DNA from: Amphiscolops sp. MND2022 | Lineage: Eukaryota | Length of the DNA: 64,000 nt | Assembly (NCBI GenBank): GCA_964187785.1 | Contig: OZ076409.1 | Location: 71,302,001 to 71,366,000, forward strand | Reading direction: 5' to 3' | Shown here: piece after piece, positions 26,099-37,200 of the stretch | Layout: each line of letters opens with the position of its first letter | Position numbering within the stretch: position 1 is the stretch's first letter | Notes under the pieces: generated by a model | What the model was told of the DNA's origin: nothing | Seen by the model: only the letters and a program-made list of their open reading frames with translations | Database searches by the model: none | Program-made: the position numbers and the translations under genes

Positions 26099-29000
26099 TG
26101 AAGCTTTAAATACTCCCGTCCTTACGTTTTTGATCTTATTCCTACTAGATCGAATGACTTAGTTTAAATAATTTCAATCGATTTCGAGACTTAGAAAAAG
26201 AGTATTGGATATGTTTAACAACTGTTTTCGAAAGAGGACGAAAATTAATTCGATAAAAAAGCATTCTGTTTTTGTGTGAAATAATTAAACGGATTTTCAA
26301 ACTCGACTCGTTTTACTTTCCTTTTTCAACGGAAGTAGTGAACGACATTTTGCTTTGATGAAAAGCATGAAAACTCCCACTTTTGTTTTCCGGTTCAGTA
26401 TGGAAACTTTGAAAACTTATTCTGAAAACATTCATCGAATGCTACTTTTATCTGACGATTTACCTCATTCAAATGGTTCGATTAAAATTACCAACTGCTG
26501 ACAAAAAATATCTTTTGGACATAAAAAGGTAGACCCAAATTTATCGGCGCGGTCTATCTTTTTGGTCGGTGCTTTTCTTAGGAAAAGAGTCAAATATAAT
26601 AATTGCATCCGTCGATGTTTTCTGATACACCTGTCCAATATAGGTCTACAAAAGGTTTTCCAATGTTTGCAATGTTACTTTTGTTTGACAATTTACGTAA
26701 TATATTAAAGCTGTAAAAATTGCTAAGGACCTACTTGCGAGAAGACACAACAGAGAACGGATATAACGTATACCGGCTTTAACGTTTCTTGGAGATTTTC
26801 TCTTTGTACTTAGAAACAAAGTTGCTATTATTCTTAGTCAAAAGAGACCACATGTTTCTAAAATTATTCTAGCTTTGGAATTTTCACTTCAGATTTTGAG
26901 TTGATTTTACTGGAAAACATACAGATACTTCGCAAATTCTGATACGAAAATTAACGAATAATTCCCATACCCATTTTTCAGTTTTCACTTTTTTGAACTG
27001 ACGAACTACCAAAAGTGCTTTTATAAAAACCTACAGTTAAATAACAATTATAAATGGTTTTACTGAGCTCCATGCACTGTCATAAAAGCAATAGATGGTT
27101 GTAGAAAAGTTGATTTGATAAACCTGCACTCTTTTTTCGAAAACGTTGTCTCAATAACTTGTAGCTAATGTAGGTGGTTATTGGTGGCGCAAATCATTCG
27201 TTGCACTGCGGAAAAGCACCAATGACAATCAGTCATTTCTATTTCAATTATGTGACTCAGCACCTAAAATAAAACGTATTATTTGATGAATAGAAGACAA
27301 TAAAATGAAAAAAAAAATGTCTAGTTTGTTCTGATAAAACGAGTTTTGAAATTTTTTTGCACAAATTTTGCATGGTAACTTTCCAATCAAAACTTTTGTT
27401 TGATTTTGAGCCAAATGTTGATATCCGATAACAAGTTGAAAAAACACGAGTTACATTGAGGTTCAAGATTGGAAAGATAAGTTTCGTTTCCTTCAGGTTT
27501 CTCTCGAATGATCCGTATGCTCCGTGATAACTAAGTAGGATTCAATGTAACACTGGTGAAGAAACAATGATTTCAATGCTAAAATTTTACAAGAAGCTCA
27601 CAATATCTTACAAAATAATGTTTTTTTTTAGACTTCTCAAAAGGAATTACAAAGTATTGTGTGAACTGTCTGTCTTCAACCGTTTCTTCAAAGAGTTTAT
27701 CGTTGTTTGTTTTAAAAAATCAGTTGCTAGAGGATGTTAGCCAAGAAGGTATTGCACTTTTTCGACATGCAAATCATATATCACAGTCAATATACCCCAT
27801 AAAACTGAAGCTAGGATACTTTGTATCAAGGAATTTGGTACTCTTTCAACAGGTTTACAAAGATTTTGATCTTAAAAGGTCGAATCAAGTTGAGAACACA
27901 TCTTCAACAATCAGTAATGATTTCGATTTCAATTAGGTGTCTGTAATCAATATCACTCTCACTTTGGTATTTGCATTAATTCATTGCTCATTTGAGTAGG
28001 CGCTTCTTGTAACAAAAAATGACCGACACTCACAGTCAACCACCTAGAAAATATTTATTTTCAAAGGATTCCGCTTGCAAAACTTTGTTAGTACCTTCAT
28101 TAGTCTAAGAACACTCGGATGTTGAATTCTAACAGCTCTGAAGCATATATTAACGGGCGTTTCTCGTTGCGGTAAAAAGAAGAGATAATTTTCTGCTTCA
28201 TACAGAGTGCTGTATACTGTTAACAGTAGCATTTTTAAATAACGGAACTCCATTCAAAAAGCAGCTTACTTCAAACCCAAATTTTTCCGGAATTTTGATT
28301 ATGATCTATTCAAATCTAGAAAATCATTTATTTTGTGGTAAACTTCTTTTTTTATTCTGCAATTACCAACCTTTTCAGTATGGGTCCTCAGCAAATTCAG
28401 ATGAACATTTTTGTAAATTAAATAAATTCTAAGAAATTTTTGCAGCAGACAAATTTTTGTTTTCGTGGCAGGTTACGAGACGTTTGGTTTCAAACTTTTC
28501 CACTTCAGGCAATTGAGTTGCGATATTCTAAAACAATTTGTTGTATCGTGATGGAAGAAAGTAAAAGAAACGGTGGACCTGCGGGTAAAAAGGGCATGCG
28601 AACGAGACGGAAAGTTTTTCAGCAGGCCAGAGCGGAAATCTAAAAAGAAAAATTGACGCAACAGAATGGGAGCGTTGAAAAGAAGGAAAAAAGGTATGCG
28701 AGAAAACTAAGCGAAGCACCAGCGTTGAGAACAGAACAAATAGTTAACTCAAGCGCAGGGTGCAAAAAAGCGCCATCAAAATGTCTAAAACCTCGCTGAA
28801 TATAAACGGTTTTTTTTGACAGAATTTGAACGCGACGATTTTTCACTCTAAGCCATTAACTAAGCTTAGGGACATACTCAAATGACAACCATGTCGTTGG
28901 ATCAAAGTGGCTCGGTGGTCAACCATGTTGATACAAAGCAAGGATCGCGTCGATTTCGCAAACAAATGTAAGCCAGGTGCCATTTTGGAAACTGCTTCAA

Positions 29001-30337
29001 ATTATTCAGATATTGAATTTTGAAGTATTTTAAGGTTTTTGTTAACGGTATCTTGAAACGATGGTTAGTACCGCTGAAAATCTTCAGATCGTCTAAATTT
29101 TCTAAGAAAGCATTGAACAATTAATACTAAGATCTTGTTTTTCATCACGAATATGGCCTAACATTTTAGTGTTGCAAATCTGGGTAGAGGGTTTTTCGGT
29201 ACAGTAATTCATCTAGTTCTTTGAATAATTGTTAACTGTGGTTACATTGTTTTGATTTGAAGGTTTTAGCGGAAACATTTTGTGCAACAACTGAGTATTT
29301 AATCAGCCCATTGGAATGGAACATTCTCTCAATTTGAATTTGACACACGTCGATCAGTAGGATAGTTTTGCATGCTGATATTTCAACAACTGCTAAAAAA
29401 TAGACCCCATGTTCTGCTAATCTTCATATCAAAATGAGGCATTTAAGTTCATTCAAAAAGGATTCCATGACTACTGGACTACTCTTGTTGTGTGTCCTTC
29501 ACAAAACAGCTGCTTTGCGGCAAACAATGATGTTTCATTTAGATACAGTTGGCGAACAGTTTTAACACAAAATGAAAATTGTGAAGAAGTTTGTTTTACT
29601 TGACAAAAAAAACGATAAAAAAGTAAAATGCAAACAAACACACTCACAGGACTTGAAACGTTCAAAAACCGGTGCACTGCAGGATATGTCCTTTGAGCGT
29701 TCTCGGGGGTTTCAGAGCCGAAAAGTAACTGCAGAGAAACCTGGTCTTTTTAAAAAACCTAATTTGACAAACACGGAGACATTTTTGGCAAACATTTACT
29801 GGAAGGCAAAGAACCCTACAAATCGTTCCAATTATGTCCACACAAGAAAGAATAAAAAATATACATGTTTTCGTAAAATTGCAACAGTTTGTGTTAAAAC
29901 CGTGCTGAAGGTGTTAAGTCGAGGTACTTTAATGGAGCGTATGTGACAAGAAAAAATGTGAAAACAAAAGTGTCCGCTCCCTAGGAACTGTCTGAGTGGC
30001 AGATCGTTCCTCATGTAAACTTTCTCAAACCTTTATTGACTGAATTTGTTCATCGGGGGTATGTTTCTACGAGTCAAAACCAACAGTGCACTCGGTTTTT
30101 CAAAATGTATTAAAAAAGCAACGAACATAATGACTTTTCTTCTCTCACTATTGGTCAAATTACGTCGTTCTGCTAGTCGTGATCACTGATTTTTCGATGC
30201 GACAACTCAACTACGTCAATTGGTTGGTTTATCGACCTGAAAATGTATTTACTTTCATTTTCAACACTCGTTTCAACTGACATCTATTTACTCGAACGTG
30301 TTAATTAAATAATGCTACTCCTTTTTAGATACTACAA

Positions 30338-30901
30338 ATGTTGGTGAGACATGGCAACTTTTCATTCAAGTGCTTCTACAATGGGCACAGGAACAATATT
30401 CTCATTCTTGGAGATTCATTATTGAAGACATTATACATGGGCGAGGTTGACGTTTTGTGTTTCCCTGGAGCCAGAACTGACGACGTGTTAGAGTTTTTGA
30501 ACAATCGAGAAATCCGTAATATTGTCCGACGTTACGATAAAGTTGTGTTATTTTTTGGTGGAAATTCTGTGAACGATTTTCCAAAGCAAGGAGTTTTACG
30601 GCAAGCCGAAAGACCTAGTGAGGTGTTCCATAATTTCGTATTTATAATCCAGCAAATAAAAACTCTTCGCAATAGTGTCAAAATTGGAGTTCTGGGGTGC
30701 CCGAATCGCTTCAATGGAACTTGGGAAAAAATCAAAGAGTTAAACGAACTTCTTCAAATATTACCCTGCGAGTACCGGTTTATTGGGCTGGGTACAAAAA
30801 TGAGCTGTAAAGTTGTCATCGATAAAGATCAAGTTCATTTGACCCAATTAGGTATCACATGCCTAAAAGGCATCATCAAACATAAAATTGTCAAATGGTA
30901 A
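30338..30901 (+). CDS. SGNH/GDSL hydrolase (esterase-like) protein, 187 aa
   Basis: Block I ILILGDSL, block II FPGART, block III FFGGNS, block V DQVHL, in the expected order. Confidence 0.75.
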   Translation: MLVRHGNFSFKCFYNGHRNNILILGDSLLKTLYMGEVDVLCFPGARTDDVLEFLNNREIRNIVRRYDKVVLFFGGNSVNDFPKQGVLRQAERPSEVFHNFVFIIQQIKTLRNSVKIGVLGCPNRFNGTWEKIKELNELLQILPCEYRFIGLGTKMSCKVVIDKDQVHLTQLGITCLKGIIKHKIVKW

Positions 30902-31250
30902 ACAAAATTTTTTTCATCCTGTCAATTCTGTTGCAGAATACTTTGATCTTGTGCAATACATAAAGTGAACATTTCAATGCATTAATTGATGTCAAAACAG
31001 TTAAAAGCTTTGATTTGACCGCCTTGGCCACTTTCTTCGTTGCAAAATATTCATATGTTTTCCATTGTCGATAGTTGATTTTGCATACGTGATGGTTTTA
31101 TATTTGTTCCGTTTTTCGGTGACATTGAAGATCTATGTAGACGTTAGAAAACATTTATAGTTCGTTTCTTTCGGTATTTGGCGTTAAATGGACAAGTTTT
31201 ATAAAATGATTTCAGCTTTGATTATTCTTTCAGCATAATGTATATGTAGG

Positions 31251-34200
31251 TTGCGGAACCAGTTACAACTTTCATATAATGCTTATGTTACAATTTTCAG
31301 TGCTTATGTTGAGAAAGAGTTCACAATGCCAAAGCGTAGATTTAAAGAAAGTGATTGCGTGAAAAGTGCCAAAAGGCCATCTGCGAAATGCCTGACCTGC
31401 GGCAGATTCAAAACACAAGCAAATTGTCACAATTGCAACAGACCGAGTCACAGCGCCAATGATGACGATGACGTCTCTGAACTGTCACCTTTACCGCCCA
31501 TAAACGCTGATGAAAGACTTTATCCGGATGTGGATTACTGTTACAGTTGCACGAGACAGTCAACTGACAAATACCCCCTTGTTTTGAATTCGGTTAGCGG
31601 AAAGAATCTGATGCGAAGAAAATTTGGCCCCCAAACAACCAACCAAGAAGTACTTCTATGTTCTTTGTGCAGTAAGTATTTGAATTGTTTGTCCCCTGAG
31701 TACCAAAACAATGCTAAATTTGAACATGCATGGCCGGCTGTATTTTGGTTTCTTCTGTCTGACAAAACCATCCAAGTCAATTTTTGGCAATATATACCAA
31801 TTGAAATGCGCTGCAGTTGGTTACATAGCGCTTCCATTTGTAATTCAATTTTTCGTCAACGTATTGATCTGGTATCTCTGCCAATTTTTGTTGATGTTAC
31901 GTTTCGAAGTCGTGTTTTTAGCCAATTTAAAATTCAATGGTCATCTAGTGAAATGGTGCAAAATGTGAACAATGAATTCTTTCCATTTATAAAATGTCCT
32001 GTCGGTTGTGGGGAGTTCATAGACAACTTTGGTAAAATAGATTTTGTACATTATTTATCCAAATTAGTTCCTGATTTGAACTGTTTCCATGGTGACGCAA
32101 TTGCCTACCTTAGCGGTATGCGAGCCGATTATGAAATTCCTGATTTTATATTTCCTGATGACCCTTTTGCCCCTATTGTCAAACCCTCACTTTTGGTGTC
32201 GGATGATGGAATTTTTCTGTTGACATGCAAGGATCATGATAAAAAAATCAAAGAGCAATATTGTCACCTACCAAAACACCCTTGTGGACGAATTTTCAAT
32301 CCTCTACCGGACCGCTTTGCACCAGCCACTTTGAGTGTCAGATCAGTGAAGCCTTTCAGGGAAAATTTTTCGTCAGCTTCCTACAAAATGGTCCAGTTAA
32401 ATAGCTCTTTTTGCGGTTCCAACACCTGTTTCATTTCACACGGAAAGTCTTTAGATAAAGTTACTGATTGCAGCATGAATCACGAAAGTTTTTATCTGCA
32501 CTGTAGACAAGATACTCAATGTGTTGTTAGAAAACTTGTAGATAAAGGATTTTTGTCACAAGAAACTGCGGAGATTATTCTGAAAAATCAAAATGATCAT
32601 TGGCTTAGGGAGATGCGTGATTTGAAAGAGCATACTAATTTTGTTCCACTCGAAACAGTGGCCTTTATGAGACAAATTAATGAGAGACGTTTCTTTGATC
32701 CCATGACGACAATTATGGAAGACGAGGTGCACGCTGTTGATGCACTATCCGCTGATAATGAACTTATAACCACTGAAAATGGAAGTGAGAACGTTTCTTT
32801 TTCTAATACAGGATCGGACGAAAGTGGTCAAGTTAAACCCCGTGAAACAAGCGGAGCGGCATCGTTCATTGAAAAATTGTTGTTTCCTTGCGCGAAAGTG
32901 TTGGAACGAAATTTAGGTGCACCGCCTACCAGTTATCTCTGTCGATCAGAAAATAGTAAAATTTTGATTGACATGACTGGCAACTCAGTACTTTTTTATA
33001 GCAATTTAATTGAAGCAACTTTGAGAAAAAGTAGATATGGTTGGAAAATTTTATCATGTTTCACTAAGAAAAAAGGTTTGTCTGCCAGTTCATGTTTCAA
33101 GAAGGCTTTGAGGATTTTAGAAGATGATACAGGACACCAAAGTGTTGCGGACATTTTCTCGCAGTTGTCTTTTGTTTCTCTCGTAAATGTTCCCAACAGA
33201 CAAATGCCTATCCAATTCGATACTATCGTTTGCGAAAAAGATTTTGTTGTTGTTGTTAGCTCTTGTTCGAGGCAAAGATCTCTTTTGCCACTTGAAAAAA
33301 CGGCAAAGATCAACAATGTTTTTTTCAAGTTGGTCTATGTTGTTGCACGTAATCGTGACTGTTTTTTCCGTTATAAATTTTGCGATAAATGGTGGAATAT
33401 AACTAAAGCTAACAGACCACAACCAACTGTTCATGATAACATCAACAAATTGTTGGATAAGAACTCTTGGACTATTGCTATTTATGAAAAACTGGAGACT
33501 TCTTTGTCACAAAAAGAATCGAGTCAGGCCACAAATAGTATTTATGGTCAAGATAAGGTTTACTGTAAAAATCATGAACTTCCGTTGACTTGTGATTTTC
33601 CAAAAAATGGTTTCGTTTGTCAATTTGATTGTGAATGTATGCTGAAGTCAGCTTGGAGATGTCCATCTGAGGGTTGTGAAAGTGCTCTATGCAAAAAGCA
33701 TTTTAATACCATTTTGGAGAAGAGTTGGGTGTTACCGCATGAAGGGAAAAACACCCTCAACCAACACCTTGTTGAAGACTTTACTGGTGAAAGCGTTGTC
33801 AATGTGGAGTCCTGCCGTGAAGACATGGAATGTGATCCTTTAACACTTATTGAAATGCCTACTGAGGCTGGATTTGTAGATGACGTGGAGGCTTCGAACA
33901 CTGATACAGGGGCAACTGCAGTTGAGTACCACAGGAACGATGACTTGCAAAGTATTGGTAGTCATATTATAATCAACGGAGTTTGTTCTTTGCTCAATAG
34001 GCCAAAACACCCTTGTCACTTCCGTAAAAAAGATTGGCGGTTTTTGCAATCTTTCGTAGCCAATTGTCCAGACGAATCTGTTCCTTTGACGTTTCCTGAA
34101 GCTGCGTTGTTGCCATCCATATATTATGTAATGCTCAAAAACACGATCGGTGGCGCAATTCCTTCCCCACTTTACAGCCCCGCTATGGCGAAACGTTTCA

Positions 34201-34256
34201 ATTTTGCAAATATTGTTTCACATATTAGATCTCGGTTGAAAACATCAGTCTTCTAA
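31251..34256 (+). CDS. N-terminal half of Helitron-like Rep-helicase (Cys-rich, putative Zn-binding region); joined to 34277-38452 by a 1-nt frameshift
   Basis: 1001-aa ORF (likely start MPKRR at 31326); collinear with the N-terminal half of 55902-62810 (RKFG, AWP, CPxGCxxF, LTCxxH, WxCP..C...CKxH, PLxxPEAxLxPSI). Confidence 0.8.
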   Translation: MRNQLQLSYNAYVTIFSAYVEKEFTMPKRRFKESDCVKSAKRPSAKCLTCGRFKTQANCHNCNRPSHSANDDDDVSELSPLPPINADERLYPDVDYCYSCTRQSTDKYPLVLNSVSGKNLMRRKFGPQTTNQEVLLCSLCSKYLNCLSPEYQNNAKFEHAWPAVFWFLLSDKTIQVNFWQYIPIEMRCSWLHSASICNSIFRQRIDLVSLPIFVDVTFRSRVFSQFKIQWSSSEMVQNVNNEFFPFIKCPVGCGEFIDNFGKIDFVHYLSKLVPDLNCFHGDAIAYLSGMRADYEIPDFIFPDDPFAPIVKPSLLVSDDGIFLLTCKDHDKKIKEQYCHLPKHPCGRIFNPLPDRFAPATLSVRSVKPFRENFSSASYKMVQLNSSFCGSNTCFISHGKSLDKVTDCSMNHESFYLHCRQDTQCVVRKLVDKGFLSQETAEIILKNQNDHWLREMRDLKEHTNFVPLETVAFMRQINERRFFDPMTTIMEDEVHAVDALSADNELITTENGSENVSFSNTGSDESGQVKPRETSGAASFIEKLLFPCAKVLERNLGAPPTSYLCRSENSKILIDMTGNSVLFYSNLIEATLRKSRYGWKILSCFTKKKGLSASSCFKKALRILEDDTGHQSVADIFSQLSFVSLVNVPNRQMPIQFDTIVCEKDFVVVVSSCSRQRSLLPLEKTAKINNVFFKLVYVVARNRDCFFRYKFCDKWWNITKANRPQPTVHDNINKLLDKNSWTIAIYEKLETSLSQKESSQATNSIYGQDKVYCKNHELPLTCDFPKNGFVCQFDCECMLKSAWRCPSEGCESALCKKHFNTILEKSWVLPHEGKNTLNQHLVEDFTGESVVNVESCREDMECDPLTLIEMPTEAGFVDDVEASNTDTGATAVEYHRNDDLQSIGSHIIINGVCSLLNRPKHPCHFRKKDWRFLQSFVANCPDESVPLTFPEAALLPSIYYVMLKNTIGGAIPSPLYSPAMAKRFNFANIVSHIRSRLKTSVF

Positions 34257-34276
34257 CGTCTGGTGATCCGCGTCTT

Positions 34277-37200
34277 TTGCAATTTTATTTCGATTGTTAC
34301 TTCAATTTCCAATCGCTTCGCAGAGATTCGAGATTGGTGTTGAACCGAGGACTGCAAGAATTTACAAAATCAGATAGCGAATGCAATAACCATGCAAAAT
34401 TTAGAATGAATGAGGTAGATAGTCGAAAAATTGTGAATGAACTTGCAGCTGCCATACGATTAGAGGAACCTACATTTTTTCTTACTTTCACACTGAACAT
34501 GTCTCGAATGTTTGGAGTTGCGCCGCTCTTTCAACTCATTGAAAAAAATTGCAAGGGTTTGAGCACTGAACAACAACACATACTCAAGGAAAGTTTCATG
34601 CCACTTTACATGAGACTGTGGGAAAGGGCTGTAGTTTTTTTCATAGAATATCTTGAAAAGTCCACTGAAAAACCTTTGGGTACAGTGACTAACATTTTTC
34701 CGAGGTTTGAATTCCAAACATCCAAGGGAAATGCTCCCCATTTACATGTAATAGTTTGGACCGCTGAATCTAAAAATGACCCAGTTATTTTGAATAAAGT
34801 TTTAGGTTCATTCAGACAACTTCTTCATCAATTAAATGTAGAACTGTTTGACTCATCGAACAAAAACGTAATGTCTCAAGAAGATGTTGATGGTTTATTA
34901 ACTTTGGCAAAGTCCCTTCTCAGTCATAATTGTGAAAAGGCCTCTTATAGATGTCACAAAAAGTGTGACAATTCGGGTAAGATGGTTTGTCGCTTCCATA
35001 TTTTCGAACCTTGTTCTGAAACGTTTTTCAAGTCTGTTGAAAGACCACATACACCTGAGGTTTGGTCAATTTTACACCATCTCGGACTGGCCAGGCCACA
35101 TGACAAGGTGGACGGTGCATTTCACATAGATGAGGTTTTGCAAGGAGGTAAGTTTAACTATGCAGCTGATTACGGCGAAACGTTCTCACCAGTGAATGGT
35201 AAACTGTTTTCATTGCTCCAGTGCAGTATGAATTGCTTACTATGTGACAGAGTAATGTCTGCCAGTTACTTAGCAAAGTACGCTGCAGGAATTGAAGAAC
35301 ATGCTACGGTAAGTATATCCGGTAAGTCTGACACAACTGTTTCGATTTGTGTGAAAAGTTTGAAAAACTTAAAGATTGCTGGTGCTGAGTTAGCTGCGAA
35401 GTCTGAAAAAACAAAGGTTTCAACCAAAAACTGCAGAGTTCTGTCTACAACTGAATGTGTTTGGTCCATGTTAGATCTAAGATATGTTTTTCCAACATAT
35501 GAATGTGTTCATGTTAACACTCTCCCTTTAGAAAACAGGGGCGGTTTTCTTAAACGAAAAAGTCATGCTCCGGTCGCAGACACAGCAGCTGAGGAGGACC
35601 AAGCGTTACATTTTGCAAAGATGCGAATAAGTTTGCAATCAGACAGTCGACGTTATTTCACAATTAATCAAATACGAACTGTTAAGGAGTTTGTGAAGTC
35701 CGGGTTAACAATCGACAAAGTTTCTCTTTTTGCTATGCGTCCGCCAGAGTTACTTTTTGTCAACAACATAGAGTTTTATTACAGACATTTCACTTTCGTA
35801 AAGTTGGACAAAAAATCAACTACCTCGATGTATTCCAATTCATTGCATGATAGCTGTTGGATAGATGCTATCGGGAATATAGTTAAATTGCGCTCTCAAA
35901 GTATTCCTTCTTTCCAACAGTTTCTCTTTCAGTCGAAACAGAGTCCCTCCTCCAGTTATTCTTTTTTCTCGACTTTTTATGAAAATTCATTCTCTACAAC
36001 TTTCAATATCAATCATTTAGTGGACTTTTCAGCTGAAAAGCAAAAACCAGCTGTTGTTGTTTTCCCTAATGTTATACCAAAGCACGTGCCGAACTTTCTG
36101 ATCAGCTTCCTCTTGCAATTTGGACGGTATGAAACGGAATTTGATCTGTTTCAAACTGAAAACATTGCAACTGCGTACGCAAGAGCCGGTTTGATCAAAG
36201 ATGCTGCTTCAGTCAATGATATAGATATCAATGAGTTGCTCAAACTCTTTATACTTCAAAGGGTAATGTTTATACCAGGGTCACATGTATCTCAAGATAG
36301 ACAAATTGTTGACGCCAAAAATGCTTTTTGTTTTTTAAACGAAAGTCAGGAACTGATTGAAACGCCAACCATTGTGTACAATGCATTACAGCAAGAATGT
36401 TCTGAAGAACTGAATCGAAGTGTTACGAGTAAAATCACAAATGTCACCAAACAAATTCATAGTCTCATAACTGATAGTCAAAAACCAACAATTGACTCAC
36501 TAATTGATTGTCAGGCTGATTTTCCTCTGAACTACAACCCGCTACACTCCAATGCCCTTCATTTCAATGCTGAGCAAACCTTCGTACTGCAAAATTTGAT
36601 TCACATCATTGATTCTTTTGTCAATTCAGCGGCTTCGTTCTTCAAATATCAGTTCGTTGTTGGAATGCCTGGCTCTGGGAAAACGTTTGTTACAATACAT
36701 TCTTTGTTTTATGCACTTTGTAAGGGTCTCAATGTTATGGTTACATCGTTAAGCAGCGAAAGAGCCATGCAGTTCTCAGGCATGCACATTCACGATTTGT
36801 TTGGCTTACCAGTTTCTCAAAGTCTCATTGTAGATGAAATTGTGGAAAAAGCTCTACAGAAACTTGATTTTGATTTTGTGAAACTAACTCTTTTGAAGCG
36901 CTTAGACGTCCTTCACTTTGAAGAAATTGGTATGGTTTCGTCTGAAGAGTTTGCTTCAATTGATCTCATCTTGCAGAAAGTGAGAGAAAACTATCAGCCA
37001 TTCGGTGGCGTATTGGTCTTTGCTACGGGTGACCCCAAACAGTTGCCTCCTCCTCAGGGTCGTTTGATTTGGACATCCCCAATAGTCATAACCATAGTTC
37101 AGATGTATGCGTTAAAACAATGTGTTCGGATGGTTGAAAACGTCGGTCGTCAATTTTTAGAAATGTTGTCTAGCTCTGATATAGACGAAGCTGAATGCAA

